Assembly: GCA_963796685.1 (NCBI GenBank)
Contig: CAWCMR010000006.1
Span: 1 to 64,000 of the forward strand
Length of the DNA stretch: 64,000 nucleotides
From: an uncultured delta proteobacterium
GTDB lineage: Bacteria > Myxococcota_A > Polyangia > Fen-1088
Direction of reading: 5' to 3'
How positions within the stretch are numbered: the stretch's first letter is position 1; each line of letters opens with the position of its first letter. The position numbers and the translations under genes were made by a program. Shown here in pieces: positions 43,730-52,566 of this stretch. The notes beneath the pieces are model-generated. The model searched no databases, was not told the origin of the DNA, and saw only the letters and a list, made by a program, of their open reading frames with translations.

Positions 43730-43941
43730 ACCTCGCGAGCTTGAAGGCCCGCCTGGCCTCCCTTGCACGCGCAACCGCGGCCCATGACCTGCCTGTCAAC
43801 TGGCCCGACCCGATCGGCGATTGGGTGCGTTCTCAGATAGCCGATGGCGCAGCACCGAGAACCGCGACAACACCAGAAGCGCGAGCCGAAGCCGAGGCGA
43901 GGTTGAGCACGTGGCTCGCGCGAGGAGCGGTGACGCCATGA
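43726..43941 (+). CDS. Small protein, 'SLKARL' N-terminus
   Basis: GTGA overlap; MNLASLKARLASLA. Confidence 0.7.
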   Translation: MNLASLKARLASLARATAAHDLPVNWPDPIGDWVRSQIADGAAPRTATTPEARAEAEARLSTWLARGAVTP

Positions 43942-44189
43942 TCAACCTTTCGAGCCTTCGGGGCCAAATAGAAAGGCTTAGAATATTGGCCGAATCCGAG
44001 AGCCCGCGGCGAAAACCCACGACGAGCGAAATCCGCAACGAGCTCGAGCGCGTGCTCGCCGAGATCGAGAGTCGGCCGGCCGACGCTCCACCACACCCCG
44101 ATGTCACAGGGCTGCGCGAGGCGCAGCAGGAGCTCGCCCGCGTCCTAGTCGTCCTCAACAGGCTGTACCCACAGGAGGCGTCGGCATGA
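43938..44189 (+). CDS. Small coiled-coil protein with a related N-terminus
   Basis: GAGGAG RBS, ATGA overlap; MINLSSLRGQIERLR. Confidence 0.7.
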   Translation: MINLSSLRGQIERLRILAESESPRRKPTTSEIRNELERVLAEIESRPADAPPHPDVTGLREAQQELARVLVVLNRLYPQEASA

Positions 44190-44638
44190 CCGCGCAAACG
44201 TCCCTGCCCGGCTGCGCGGTGGCGCCGGGGGAGAACCGCGCGACGCTCGAGCAAGACCTTCGCGGCCAGGTTGCGATCTGCCTCATGGCACTTTTCTGTT
44301 GGGTTGAACACCACGGCGGCCGGACGGTGTTGATCGACGGCACAGTGGAAAGGTTCATTGCTGCCAGCGGGACCTGTGACCCGCAAATCAGTCGAGCCAT
44401 CCGAAACACAAGAAGCGTGCTGGCGCGCTACCTCGCCAGCGGTGCGGCCGTTCCCTCGTGGCTGCCGCCGAGCATTCTTGAGCTGCTGCAAGAGCCCTGG
44501 TGTGCGCGCGACCTGGCGCCCTCGTCGGAGACCTCATCCAACGATCTACCCAACCGTTCACCGACGCTGGCCCCTCAGTCCAACATCGCCCCTGTGGCGG
44601 TTCTGAACCGAATGCAACCGAAACCTGAAAGGACATGA
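44186..44638 (+). CDS. Hypothetical protein
   Basis: AGGAGG RBS, ATGA overlap. Confidence 0.6.
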   Translation: MTAQTSLPGCAVAPGENRATLEQDLRGQVAICLMALFCWVEHHGGRTVLIDGTVERFIAASGTCDPQISRAIRNTRSVLARYLASGAAVPSWLPPSILELLQEPWCARDLAPSSETSSNDLPNRSPTLAPQSNIAPVAVLNRMQPKPERT

Positions 44639-44964
44639 CCATGAACACGCAACGAAGAATCTTCACCCGAGACATCATCGAGAAGCCCTTCACCGTTGGC
44701 GACGAGCTGACCTCGCGAGATACCGCAAAGGCGTCTCGCCGGGCTGCCGCGACCGCCGCCGGCGAGGCACGTGGCCGCGCAAGCGCGCTTGCGGAATTGG
44801 GCCAGGACAGCGCCGCACCTGCCGACGAAAGCCTCGACGGCATTTCCGCCGACCGCAAGCAGGGCACGCCCGAAACCTTCGGCAAGCCCGTCAAGCCCGT
44901 GGAGTCGTTCAACGGCGAGCGCCCGCCCGAGCCCGAAGTGCAACGGCCCGATCTCGTCTGGTAA
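44635..44964 (+). CDS. Hypothetical low-complexity protein
   Basis: GAAAGGA RBS; coupled to the previous stop. Confidence 0.6.
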   Translation: MTMNTQRRIFTRDIIEKPFTVGDELTSRDTAKASRRAAATAAGEARGRASALAELGQDSAAPADESLDGISADRKQGTPETFGKPVKPVESFNGERPPEPEVQRPDLVW

Positions 44965-44998
44965 TTGCCACAACAGCCAATTGAAAGGAACCTTCCCC

Positions 44999-45886
44999 AT
45001 GCCCGAAACTCTGAAAGACCTACTCACTAAACCGCTCAAAGACGGCGCCAAGCGTTTTCTCGTCGACGAGGCCATCATGAAAGCCGCCACTCCCGCCGGC
45101 CGGTGGAGGTTGTGCACTGACGCCGAGATTGCGGAAGCCTTGCCCGCGCTCGCCAAACTGATCGGCAAAGAGTCGAAGCTGCCTTCTTGGCAGCGGCGCC
45201 TTGGCGTATTGCTGGACAAGCCCGGCGAGTGGGTTCTCTCAATAGAGGCACTCGGCCCGAGCTGGGTGGAGTGGCTTCCGCATTATCCTACGGCGGCAAT
45301 AACCATTGCGGTGCCGCTCGCAGTTGGGGTTTCGATCTTGATGTCCCCGAACTCGCCCGAGGTGGAATTCAAACGCCGCCGGGACTTGCACGAGGCGTAC
45401 AGGAACGCCGAATCCGAGAAGGCGCGCATCGCCGCCGCGAAGAGGGATGCCGAAATTGCGGAGACACAGCGCAAGGATAACGAGCGCCAGCAATTTCGAG
45501 CCGCCGCATGGGAGCAATTGAGCGCGCTGGAGCGCTGCGCGGCCCGACTGGCCCTGCTTGTTGGCGAGCGTGACCCACAATTGGCAACGGACATCCGAGC
45601 CGCAATTGCCGGTGCTGGCGATACGAAGAACTTCCCCCGAACCGTTTGGTGGAAGAACATGGAGGGAGCCACGGGCCTGCAAGCTGCTGCCGCCAAAGAA
45701 GAGCAACAGGCGACCTTTGCGCGCCGCCAAAGGGCCGAGGGCATTCTCTCTCACATCCCGGCGAAAACTCGCTGGATTTTGGAAGTTCAGCACGGCCAAG
45801 ACAACGTCGAGGCGCAGCTCGCAGCGTGGGAACAACTGCAGGCCCAGCAAGCAAAGGCCGATAAGCAGAACGGGAGGGCCGCCTGA
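44999..45886 (+). CDS. Hypothetical protein with a coiled-coil region
   Basis: GAAAGGA RBS; 295 aa; TGATG coupling to the original baseplate-J start. Confidence 0.7.
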   Translation: MPETLKDLLTKPLKDGAKRFLVDEAIMKAATPAGRWRLCTDAEIAEALPALAKLIGKESKLPSWQRRLGVLLDKPGEWVLSIEALGPSWVEWLPHYPTAAITIAVPLAVGVSILMSPNSPEVEFKRRRDLHEAYRNAESEKARIAAAKRDAEIAETQRKDNERQQFRAAAWEQLSALERCAARLALLVGERDPQLATDIRAAIAGAGDTKNFPRTVWWKNMEGATGLQAAAAKEEQQATFARRQRAEGILSHIPAKTRWILEVQHGQDNVEAQLAAWEQLQAQQAKADKQNGRAA

Positions 45887-45898
45887 TGAGCCTTTTCG

Positions 45899-47309
45899 GG
45901 CTCTCCTGACATCTTCATGGAAGCGCGGGCACCTTGAAGACGGGATGAAGGACAACGCCTGAGCAGCAGAGGAAGATGAAGCCAATGAGGGCTTGAGCGT
46001 TGTGGAAGCCATAGGCCCTGCGGGTGATGACCCTGATCTTGCCATTAAGGCCCTCGGTTCTTCCGTTATTGAGCCCTGTGGCGACAATGGCCACGATGCC
46101 GTCCAGGTATTTCTTGATGGTCGCGGCGACCTTCTTGAAGGAAGGTAGTCTGGATCGCCTGGCCCAACTGATCCATTCTTCGAGCTTCTGTTTGACGACG
46201 TTGACCTGGCGACGACCGAGGATGTCGCAGATGGCGATCTTGAGCAGGTAGCCGCGATAGAGTCGGGCATTGGTCTTCGGGAGGGTCGACAGCCTCTCAG
46301 ACTCGGCCCTGGATAGGTTCCACGGATTCTTGAGCAGAAGGTACTTGGTCTTCTTCAGTTGCCCGCGTTCGTCGGTGTCCTCCAGGAGTCGGACCTCCGC
46401 ACGCCGGAGCTCGTCGAGTGCTTCCTGCACGAGTCTCTGAACGTGGAAGCGGTCGAAGACGATCTGCGCTTGTGGCGCTCGCGAGGTGACCGCGTCGATG
46501 TAGGCCGCGGACATGTCGATGGTGACGGTCTTGAGCTTGCTGGTTCGTTCCGGGCCGAGAGCGTCGAAGAAGCAGCCGAGCGTCGCAGCGTTCTTGCCCT
46601 CGTGGGCCCAGACGACCCGCTGCGAGACGTGGTCGACAACGACGGTGACGTACTCATGGTGCCGCCGGTACGACAACTCGTCGACGCCGATGTGTTCGAG
46701 GTCCTCGAGGAGAAGGCTAGGATCTCGGTGCCGCGGCACCACCCGCTGGATGATGGCGCCGACGGTGCGCCACGCGATGCGCATGGTTTCGGCCACCATC
46801 GTCTGGCTTGCTTGTTGGGCCAGATAGGCCACGTGGTCCTCGAAGTCACGCGTGAAGCCGACCTTCGGCTCGGCCCAAGGGACCATCTCGATGACCACGC
46901 CGCACCGAGGACAGTCAACCCTGCGCAGGGTGTAGCGCAGAAGAACCTCCATCCCGCACGCGTCCAGATGCCGCCAGTTCCGAGCCCGAGCATCGAACAC
47001 GTCATGGACCCGACATCCGCAGCCTGAGCAGTAGGGAACGGTCGTCGTTGGCGCCACGTGCACCAATATGCCAAGCAGATCGAATTCGACCGCCAGGACA
47101 CGGGTATGTGGAAATTGGAGTAGGTTTCGGAATAGGGTGGTTGCGCGCATGGGCTCCTGGGCTTGTGGGTTCTAGACAAGCCACACGATACCCCAGGTGC
47201 CCGTGCGCACTTCGTCTCCACCTCACCCGAAACTCATGCCGCCCACATCTCCGTCGGCGACGTGCGTCGCACCTACGAGATCTCCCCTTACGAAGATGTC
47301 AGGAGAGCC
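45899..47309 (-). mobile_element. ISL3-family insertion sequence (1411 bp)
   Basis: 18-bp perfect IRs GGCTCTCCTGACATCTTC; 8-bp TSD CCTTTTCG at 45891-45898 and 47310-47317. Confidence 0.97.
45915..47150 (-). CDS. ISL3 transposase
   Basis: CSGCG..C.RC zinc finger, GVDE, IDMSAAY, FDRFHV, EGLNGKI..I.RRAYGF. Confidence 0.96.
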   Translation of the reverse strand: MRATTLFRNLLQFPHTRVLAVEFDLLGILVHVAPTTTVPYCSGCGCRVHDVFDARARNWRHLDACGMEVLLRYTLRRVDCPRCGVVIEMVPWAEPKVGFTRDFEDHVAYLAQQASQTMVAETMRIAWRTVGAIIQRVVPRHRDPSLLLEDLEHIGVDELSYRRHHEYVTVVVDHVSQRVVWAHEGKNAATLGCFFDALGPERTSKLKTVTIDMSAAYIDAVTSRAPQAQIVFDRFHVQRLVQEALDELRRAEVRLLEDTDERGQLKKTKYLLLKNPWNLSRAESERLSTLPKTNARLYRGYLLKIAICDILGRRQVNVVKQKLEEWISWARRSRLPSFKKVAATIKKYLDGIVAIVATGLNNGRTEGLNGKIRVITRRAYGFHNAQALIGFIFLCCSGVVLHPVFKVPALP

Positions 47310-48302
47310 CCTTTTCGCACAACAAAAGACCGCCCAAGGCTTCACGCGCGTCTCACTGCCACAAATCATCGCCTCGCTCGAAGCCCTCTGGAAGGGCGCC
47401 TACGGGTCAAGCGTCGACCTGGACCCACGTTCGGCGGACGGCCAGATGATTGGCGGCATCGCCGAGATGATGGACGATCTCAACAGTGCCGTGGCCGACC
47501 TGATGCACGTCGCGAACCCGAATGGGGCCACGGGAGCATTCCTCACGAACATCGCCGCATTGACCAACGTCACCCGCAACAGTGACGAGAAGGACGCCAA
47601 CCTACGCATTCGTCGGCAACAGGCAACCGCCACTGCCTCACAGTCGATGAGCGACACGCTATTGGCGGCCTTGCTGGCACTTCCCGGCGTGCTCGACGCT
47701 TGCGTGCGCGAGAATGCGACGAGCGAGCCAGGTTTGATTGGCGGCCTTACGATCAACCCCAACACCGTGCGGGCCGTTGTCGAGGTGCAGCTCGGCGGCG
47801 CCGCGGACCCGGCTACCACGACGACGAGCACGGACCCGATCGCCAACACCATCTTCGCGCTCAAGAGCATGGGGTGCGGGACGCAGGGGGGAACAGGCAA
47901 GGGGCCGCTCGACGCCCTTGGCGTCTCGCATGACATCTACTATGACCTGGCCACGGCGCTGGACGTGCAAGTCGCAGTTACGATCTCAACCCGCACGAAC
48001 TGGCCAAGCGATGGAGGCGCCCAAATCGCGGCGTTGATTCTCGGGTGGGCGAACGGCACGGATCCAGTCACGGGCAAACCCAACTGCCCGATTTCGGGAA
48101 TCGAGCTCACGCCGGGCTCCGATCAGGGCGCCTTGAGCTGGACCGATGTGGTCGGGTCATTCCTTGGCCAGGTTCCTGGGTTCGACTTCGTGAGCCTGAC
48201 GTTCAGCTTGGACGGCGGCGCCACGTGGAGCACGAACGGACAAAACTTGGTCATTCCTTTCACCCGCTTTGCCTCGATCAGCAGCATCTCGGTGGTGGCC
48301 GA

Positions 48303-48497
48303 GTGAGCCTGCGTGCCGCGGTCCCGGCCAAGGGCATGCTCGCCCTACTCGAAGTCCGCAAGGAAGGGTTGCAGGCGATGATCCGCGAACGCTTCTGCGC
48401 TGCCCGCCTGGCCGGCACCGTGGCCGATGTGTCGGCACTGACCGCGACCTTGCGCGCGGTGAAGGCCTCGCTCAAGGCAGCCATGGGCAAGCGGTGA
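48303..48497 (+). CDS. Small hypothetical protein
   Basis: GTGA overlap with the baseplate-J stop; helical 64 aa. Confidence 0.5.
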   Translation: MSLRAAVPAKGMLALLEVRKEGLQAMIRERFCAARLAGTVADVSALTATLRAVKASLKAAMGKR

Positions 48498-48545
48498 GAG
48501 GATGGCCAAACTTGACCCGAGACCGAACGGCGCGAGGATGCGGCC

Positions 48546-48857
48546 ATGTCGCACGCCGAGCAGGGCAAGGTATTCTCGCAAGTCATGCTCGGCGCTGCTT
48601 GCGCACTCGTTGCTACCGCTATCGGTTTTTGGGGTGCTGGCGCCGAATGGGGGAGCGTAAGAGTGATCGTGGCTCTTTCTCTTGCCGCAGGGACACTCAC
48701 CTTCGCTCTTGTGGGATTTCTGCAAACGCGGTTCGCAGAGGAAAAAGAGAAGCGCGAGATCGAAGCCAAGGCGGCGGTAGCGAAGGAAGCCGAGGCAGAG
48801 AAAGAGAAGGCCGCGAAGGCCAAGGCGGACGAGGACATTTTCAGCTACTACAAGTAG
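48546..48857 (+). CDS. Small two-TM membrane protein with a charged tail
   Basis: Two hydrophobic segments followed by an E/K/A coiled coil. Confidence 0.65.
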   Translation: MSHAEQGKVFSQVMLGAACALVATAIGFWGAGAEWGSVRVIVALSLAAGTLTFALVGFLQTRFAEEKEKREIEAKAAVAKEAEAEKEKAAKAKADEDIFSYYK

Positions 48858-49063
48858 CCGTCCGCGTTTCCACATCAGGCCGCGACACTTGCCACTTGCG
48901 CGGGTGGCACCGCGCTTCGGCGAGCCACACATCGAGGACGGGTAGCGGATGAGTAGTCCGATGCGCTACGGGCGGTTTCCCCGTCGGTGAAGGCCAGGCG
49001 AGGCGCGGGGCGCCGTGGCCAAAGTGCAGCCATTCGGGGCGGATTAGATGGGCGTGACGATTT

Positions 49064-49096
49064 GTTCTTGACATAGATAAGAACGCGGTTCTTAAT
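49064..49096 (+). promoter_or_regulatory. Sigma70-like promoter with overlapping operator repeats
   Basis: TTGACA (49068-49073)-N17-CTTAAT; GTTCTT...AAGAAC-GCG-GTTCTT. Confidence 0.55.
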
Positions 49097-49103
49097 TACG
49101 AGT

Positions 49104-49361
49104 ATGGAAATGGCTCAAAACTCGCACCGTTCTCAGAAATCGGCGAGACTCCCCGACGTGGGACGTCCCCGCGTTCGAGCACTCACCGAAACGATCAACA
49201 TCGGCTTCAAAGCCGAGCCCGATTTGGTGCGCGCTCTCGACGCCGAGGCAGCGCGACTCACGGCCGACCGTGGTCCCGGTGCTTCCAAGGTGAGTCGCAC
49301 CGAAGCAATCAAGGTCATCTTGGCCAAGTGGCTGGCTGACCAGTCCAAGCCCCGCCAGTAA
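49104..49361 (+). CDS. Ribbon-helix-helix (CopG-like) regulator
   Basis: GRP...TINIGFKAEPDLVRALDAEA...SRTEAIKVIL. Confidence 0.7.
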   Translation: MEMAQNSHRSQKSARLPDVGRPRVRALTETINIGFKAEPDLVRALDAEAARLTADRGPGASKVSRTEAIKVILAKWLADQSKPRQ

Positions 49362-49461
49362 CCCGCGCGCCGTAGCCGCGCACGTACCCGCCCCACAAGA
49401 GAAAGGGCGCCACCTTTTGCCGAGGTGCGCCCGCGTTCGACCCTCCGTGAAAGGAATCGAC

Positions 49462-49845
49462 ATGTCCACCGTACCACGCCCGACGACGAAGACCAGCAAA
49501 CCACGAGAGAGAACCGCGACCCCGGCCGAGCTCGCCGAGGACACCCGCCGAAGCCGTGAGGCTCGCGAGGCACACCGAGTGCTGGCGCCCGCGCCCGCCG
49601 AGGGCAACCTGTGCGCGTGTCTGGTACTGCTTGCCCGCTTTCGGAAGTGCTCGGTTTGTGCTCGCCCGGTGCTGTACGTGAACGAACAGGCCAGGACCGA
49701 CGGCGACGTGGAGTGTCCCGCTTGCATCCAGGTTCGCACCGACCTGGCCAAGCGCCTTCGCTTCGTGAAGCTGGCCAGCCGTGTCCGCTCCCACCTGACC
49801 GACCTGTTCAGCACGGCCAACGACAACGCTTCGGTGGCATCATGA
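49462..49845 (+). CDS. Cys4 zinc-finger-like hypothetical protein
   Basis: GAAAGGA RBS; CSVC...CPAC. Confidence 0.6.
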   Translation: MSTVPRPTTKTSKPRERTATPAELAEDTRRSREAREAHRVLAPAPAEGNLCACLVLLARFRKCSVCARPVLYVNEQARTDGDVECPACIQVRTDLAKRLRFVKLASRVRSHLTDLFSTANDNASVAS

Positions 49846-50066
49846 ACGCGAACGTCTCAAGCCTGCCCTTCGAGCTCGACCGAGCCAAGGCGGACACCGA
49901 GCGCTACCGCCGCGTCTTCTGCCAGGTGGCCCGGTGTGCCGACGTTGTCGTTCAGGCGGTGGCCGAGGGCGCTATCAGCCACAACGAAGCGTTGCAGGCC
50001 ATGCGCCGGCACGCCTGCACCCTGGTATCCGCCGTCGAGGCGCTGGCCGCGAGGGCGCGCTCATGA
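49842..50066 (+). CDS. Small hypothetical protein
   Basis: ATGA overlaps on both sides. Confidence 0.55.
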   Translation: MNANVSSLPFELDRAKADTERYRRVFCQVARCADVVVQAVAEGAISHNEALQAMRRHACTLVSAVEALAARARS

Positions 50067-50167
50067 TCGCCGGCATGAAGCCTCTGGATCTGGCGGCCGG
50101 CATCGCGGCGATGGTCGTGATTCTCCTCGCTTGGTCGTGGGCGATGACGTGGAGCCGCGAGCCATGA
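50063..50167 (+). CDS. 34-aa single-TM peptide
   Basis: ATGA coupling; hydrophobic LAAGIAAMVVILLAWSW. Confidence 0.45.
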   Translation: MIAGMKPLDLAAGIAAMVVILLAWSWAMTWSREP

Positions 50168-50370
50168 GCCTGACGCAGCGCTGGCACGCCCCGGCCGCCA
50201 CGGTCAGGGTGGGCGGCGAATTCGACCGAGGCGGCAAGCGCGGCTTCGTCTCGCTGGCGTGCTCGCCCTCGACCTGCCTTCTCACCCGCGGCGCCGCGCG
50301 GGATGTGGCGCGCACGCTGATTCGATTCGCAGAAGGGGTGCGGCCGGCACCACGCAAGAAGCCCGCGTAG
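50164..50370 (+). CDS. Small hypothetical protein
   Basis: ATGA coupling; LLTRGAARDVARTLIRFAE helix. Confidence 0.5.
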   Translation: MSLTQRWHAPAATVRVGGEFDRGGKRGFVSLACSPSTCLLTRGAARDVARTLIRFAEGVRPAPRKKPA

Positions 50371-50473
50371 GTCACGCGCTGGTGACTCTCCCCGATGCCA
50401 CGGAGGGAGTCACGGGCGAGGAACCCGCCGAGCTGGCCGGACGCCAGCAACGAACCTTGACGAAAGGCACCCC

Positions 50474-51091
50474 ATGGAAACGAACGACACCACGATCACG
50501 CCCGAAACCCTGGCCACGCTCGCCACGACTGCCGCCGCGGTGGCGCTCGAGCACCAGGAATACACCGAGGCTCGAACCGCAGAGGCCGCAGCCGAGGCCG
50601 CGCTACTCGAGCGAATCGTCGAAACCGTCAAGCCGGCGCTGCGAGCCTTGGCCAGCGCCATCAAGTCGCGCGACTACTCGACGGGCGGGCGCAACGGCTG
50701 CAACCCGGTCCACACCTACGACACCTTCACCGAGCGCGGGGTTTGCTTGGTGGATGGCTACGACCACGACAAGGACGAAACCGGCAACCGTGGCAGCAAC
50801 GGCGGTTCCCGGCTGTACCTTCTCGATGATGGGAGGCTGGCGGAAGTCGCGCGCGAGGGCACGTGGTCATGCTGGCAGGGCGAGGCGGATACCTGGGAGG
50901 CCGAGTTGACCATCGTCACGCCAGCCGAGGCGGTGGCCCGGTACGAGCTCGCCAGCATCGTCGGGACCTTGAACGCCAAGCTGGAAGAGCAGGCCAAGGG
51001 CTCGAAGGCGAAGCGCACCAAAGCTGCCACGGCCCGCGCGGCGAAGCTGGCGGCGGTGGGCGCGCTCGTGGGGGTGGCCAATGGCGCGTAA
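50474..51091 (+). CDS. Hypothetical protein
   Basis: GAAAGG RBS; 205 aa with coding-like GC3; overlaps the integrase start. Confidence 0.75.
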   Translation: METNDTTITPETLATLATTAAAVALEHQEYTEARTAEAAAEAALLERIVETVKPALRALASAIKSRDYSTGGRNGCNPVHTYDTFTERGVCLVDGYDHDKDETGNRGSNGGSRLYLLDDGRLAEVAREGTWSCWQGEADTWEAELTIVTPAEAVARYELASIVGTLNAKLEEQAKGSKAKRTKAATARAAKLAAVGALVGVANGA

Positions 51092-52325
51092 GGCGAAGCG
51101 GCGGCGGCCCCGTGGGATGGGCACTCTCTGGCAGCGCGGGGACTGGTGGGTAGTCCAGTGGCGGGAAAAGGGGCGCCGCAAGCATGCGAAGTTCCCCGAC
51201 CGCGACACGGCCGAGAAGGTGCTCGCGAAGATCCTCTCGGACGTGGCACTCAACCGCCACGGCATCGAAACCGAGAAGGCGCCCTCGCCACTGCTGAGCG
51301 TGCTCGCCAAGCCTTGGTTGGCAACCCGCAAGTCCACGCATCGCAGTTGGGACGCGGACGCCGGGCGCTGGAAGCTGCACCTTGCCCCGAGGTTCGGCAA
51401 GCGGGAGCCCGACGAGGTAGACCAAGCGGCCATCCGGCTGGCCGTCGAAACCTGGTTGGCCGAGGGGTTGACGCCTTCCACGTGCATGCGGTGCGTGTGC
51501 TTGCTGTCTTCGCTCTACACCGACCTCTGCGAGCGCGGGCTGGCCAAGGCGAACCCGGCGAAGGGGCTACCGCGGGCGACCCGGCGCCTCTTGAAGTCGG
51601 CCCACGACCCGAAGACCACGCCCTTTGTGGAGAAGCTGGCGGACGTCCAGCGCATCTATCGCGCCTTGCCCGAACCTGTGAACACCGCCTATGCCGTCGG
51701 CGCCATGGCCGGCTTGCGGGTGGGGGAGCTTCTGGCCCTTCGGTGGGTGAACGTAGACCTCGAGCACCGGCGGCTTGTCGTGTCGGAGCAAGTCCAGGAC
51801 GGCAAGGTGTTCCGCCCGAAGGATCTGGACTCCCGCGTGGTCCCCATCCTGGACAGCCTCTTGCCGGTCCTGCAAGCCGCGAAGCTGGCAAGCGGTGGCG
51901 TCGGGCTGGTAGTGCCGCCCATGCGCAGCAACAAGACCCGCAAGCACCTTGGTCCCCACACGCTGGGGAAGTTCCTTCGGGAGGCCCTGGCCGAGCTAAA
52001 CAAGGATGGGGAGGCACTGCCGGCCGTGAACTGGTACCAGGCGACGCGCCACACCTTCGCCTCGCAGTGGGTCATGGCGGGCGGCAGCATCGAGAAGCTA
52101 CGCGAGGCGATGGGGCATTCCACGGTCCTGGTTACCGAGCGGTACGCGCATCTTCGAGGCGACGTGTTCAACGCGGTAGACCTGGGACGCATGGCGGTCG
52201 ACTTCTCGGCGCCCGCAGGCAAGGTGCTACCCCTGGTGCAGCCTGGTGCCGTAAGCCACCCACTGGCAACAGAGGCAGAATCGACCGAGGCGGAAGGGGT
52301 GGCGGAAGTGAGTGCAACCCTGTGA
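51081..52325 (+). CDS. Tyrosine integrase
   Basis: Arm-binding N-terminus, AGLRVGELLALRW, K, YQATRHTFAS, MGHS...TERYAH; abuts the att site. Confidence 0.93.
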   Translation: MARKAKRRRPRGMGTLWQRGDWWVVQWREKGRRKHAKFPDRDTAEKVLAKILSDVALNRHGIETEKAPSPLLSVLAKPWLATRKSTHRSWDADAGRWKLHLAPRFGKREPDEVDQAAIRLAVETWLAEGLTPSTCMRCVCLLSSLYTDLCERGLAKANPAKGLPRATRRLLKSAHDPKTTPFVEKLADVQRIYRALPEPVNTAYAVGAMAGLRVGELLALRWVNVDLEHRRLVVSEQVQDGKVFRPKDLDSRVVPILDSLLPVLQAAKLASGGVGLVVPPMRSNKTRKHLGPHTLGKFLREALAELNKDGEALPAVNWYQATRHTFASQWVMAGGSIEKLREAMGHSTVLVTERYAHLRGDVFNAVDLGRMAVDFSAPAGKVLPLVQPGAVSHPLATEAESTEAEGVAEVSATL

Positions 52326-52336
52326 AATCGTTTCAG

Positions 52337-52419
52337 TACCGGGGGAGGGACTCGAACCCTCAAGTCCGTAAGGACGGTGGATTTTGAATCCACTGCGTTT
52401 GCCATTCCGCCACTCCGGC
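52337..52419 (-). tRNA. tRNA-Leu(CAA)
   Basis: GCCGGAGTGGCGGAATGG, GTGGA-TTCAAAA-TCCAC, variable arm, GAGGG-TTCGAGT-CCCTC. One A:C mismatch in the acceptor stem. Confidence 0.92.
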
Positions 52420-52566
52420 ATCTTCAGTTTTCGACAGGTTAGGATGTCATCGCGTTTTGTGATGCGGGGAGTGACACCATAGCGCCACCAAGTGCCCCCG
52501 ATTTCCTACGCGCGAGGGGGAATCTTCCCCATCGGCGTCGAGAAGTCAACCATGACGCGGCTATGG

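Larger units (their letters stand above)
45886..48306 (+). pseudogene. Baseplate J/gp47-like gene interrupted by ISL3 after codon 4
   Basis: Removing the IS and one TSD restores ATG AGC CTT TTC GCA CAA (MSLFAQQKTAQGFTR). Motifs YG..VDLDPRSADGQMIG, ATGAFL.NIAAL.NVTR, E.DANLR.R, LPGV.DA.V.EN. Confidence 0.8.
38022..52391. mobile_element. Integrated phage-satellite-like element in tRNA-Leu(CAA)
   Basis: 68-bp direct repeats with 1 mismatch at 38022-38089 and 52324-52391; integrase abuts the tRNA; primase-helicase present; all native genes on the + strand. Confidence 0.88.

Noticed and set aside
47197-47295. N-terminal extension of the baseplate-J ORF given in the ORF track
   Set aside because: It lies inside the IS; the native start is at 45886.
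38022-52391. Complete prophage or ICE
   Set aside because: No recognisable capsid, portal, large terminase, lysis, relaxase or T4SS genes, and it is too small.
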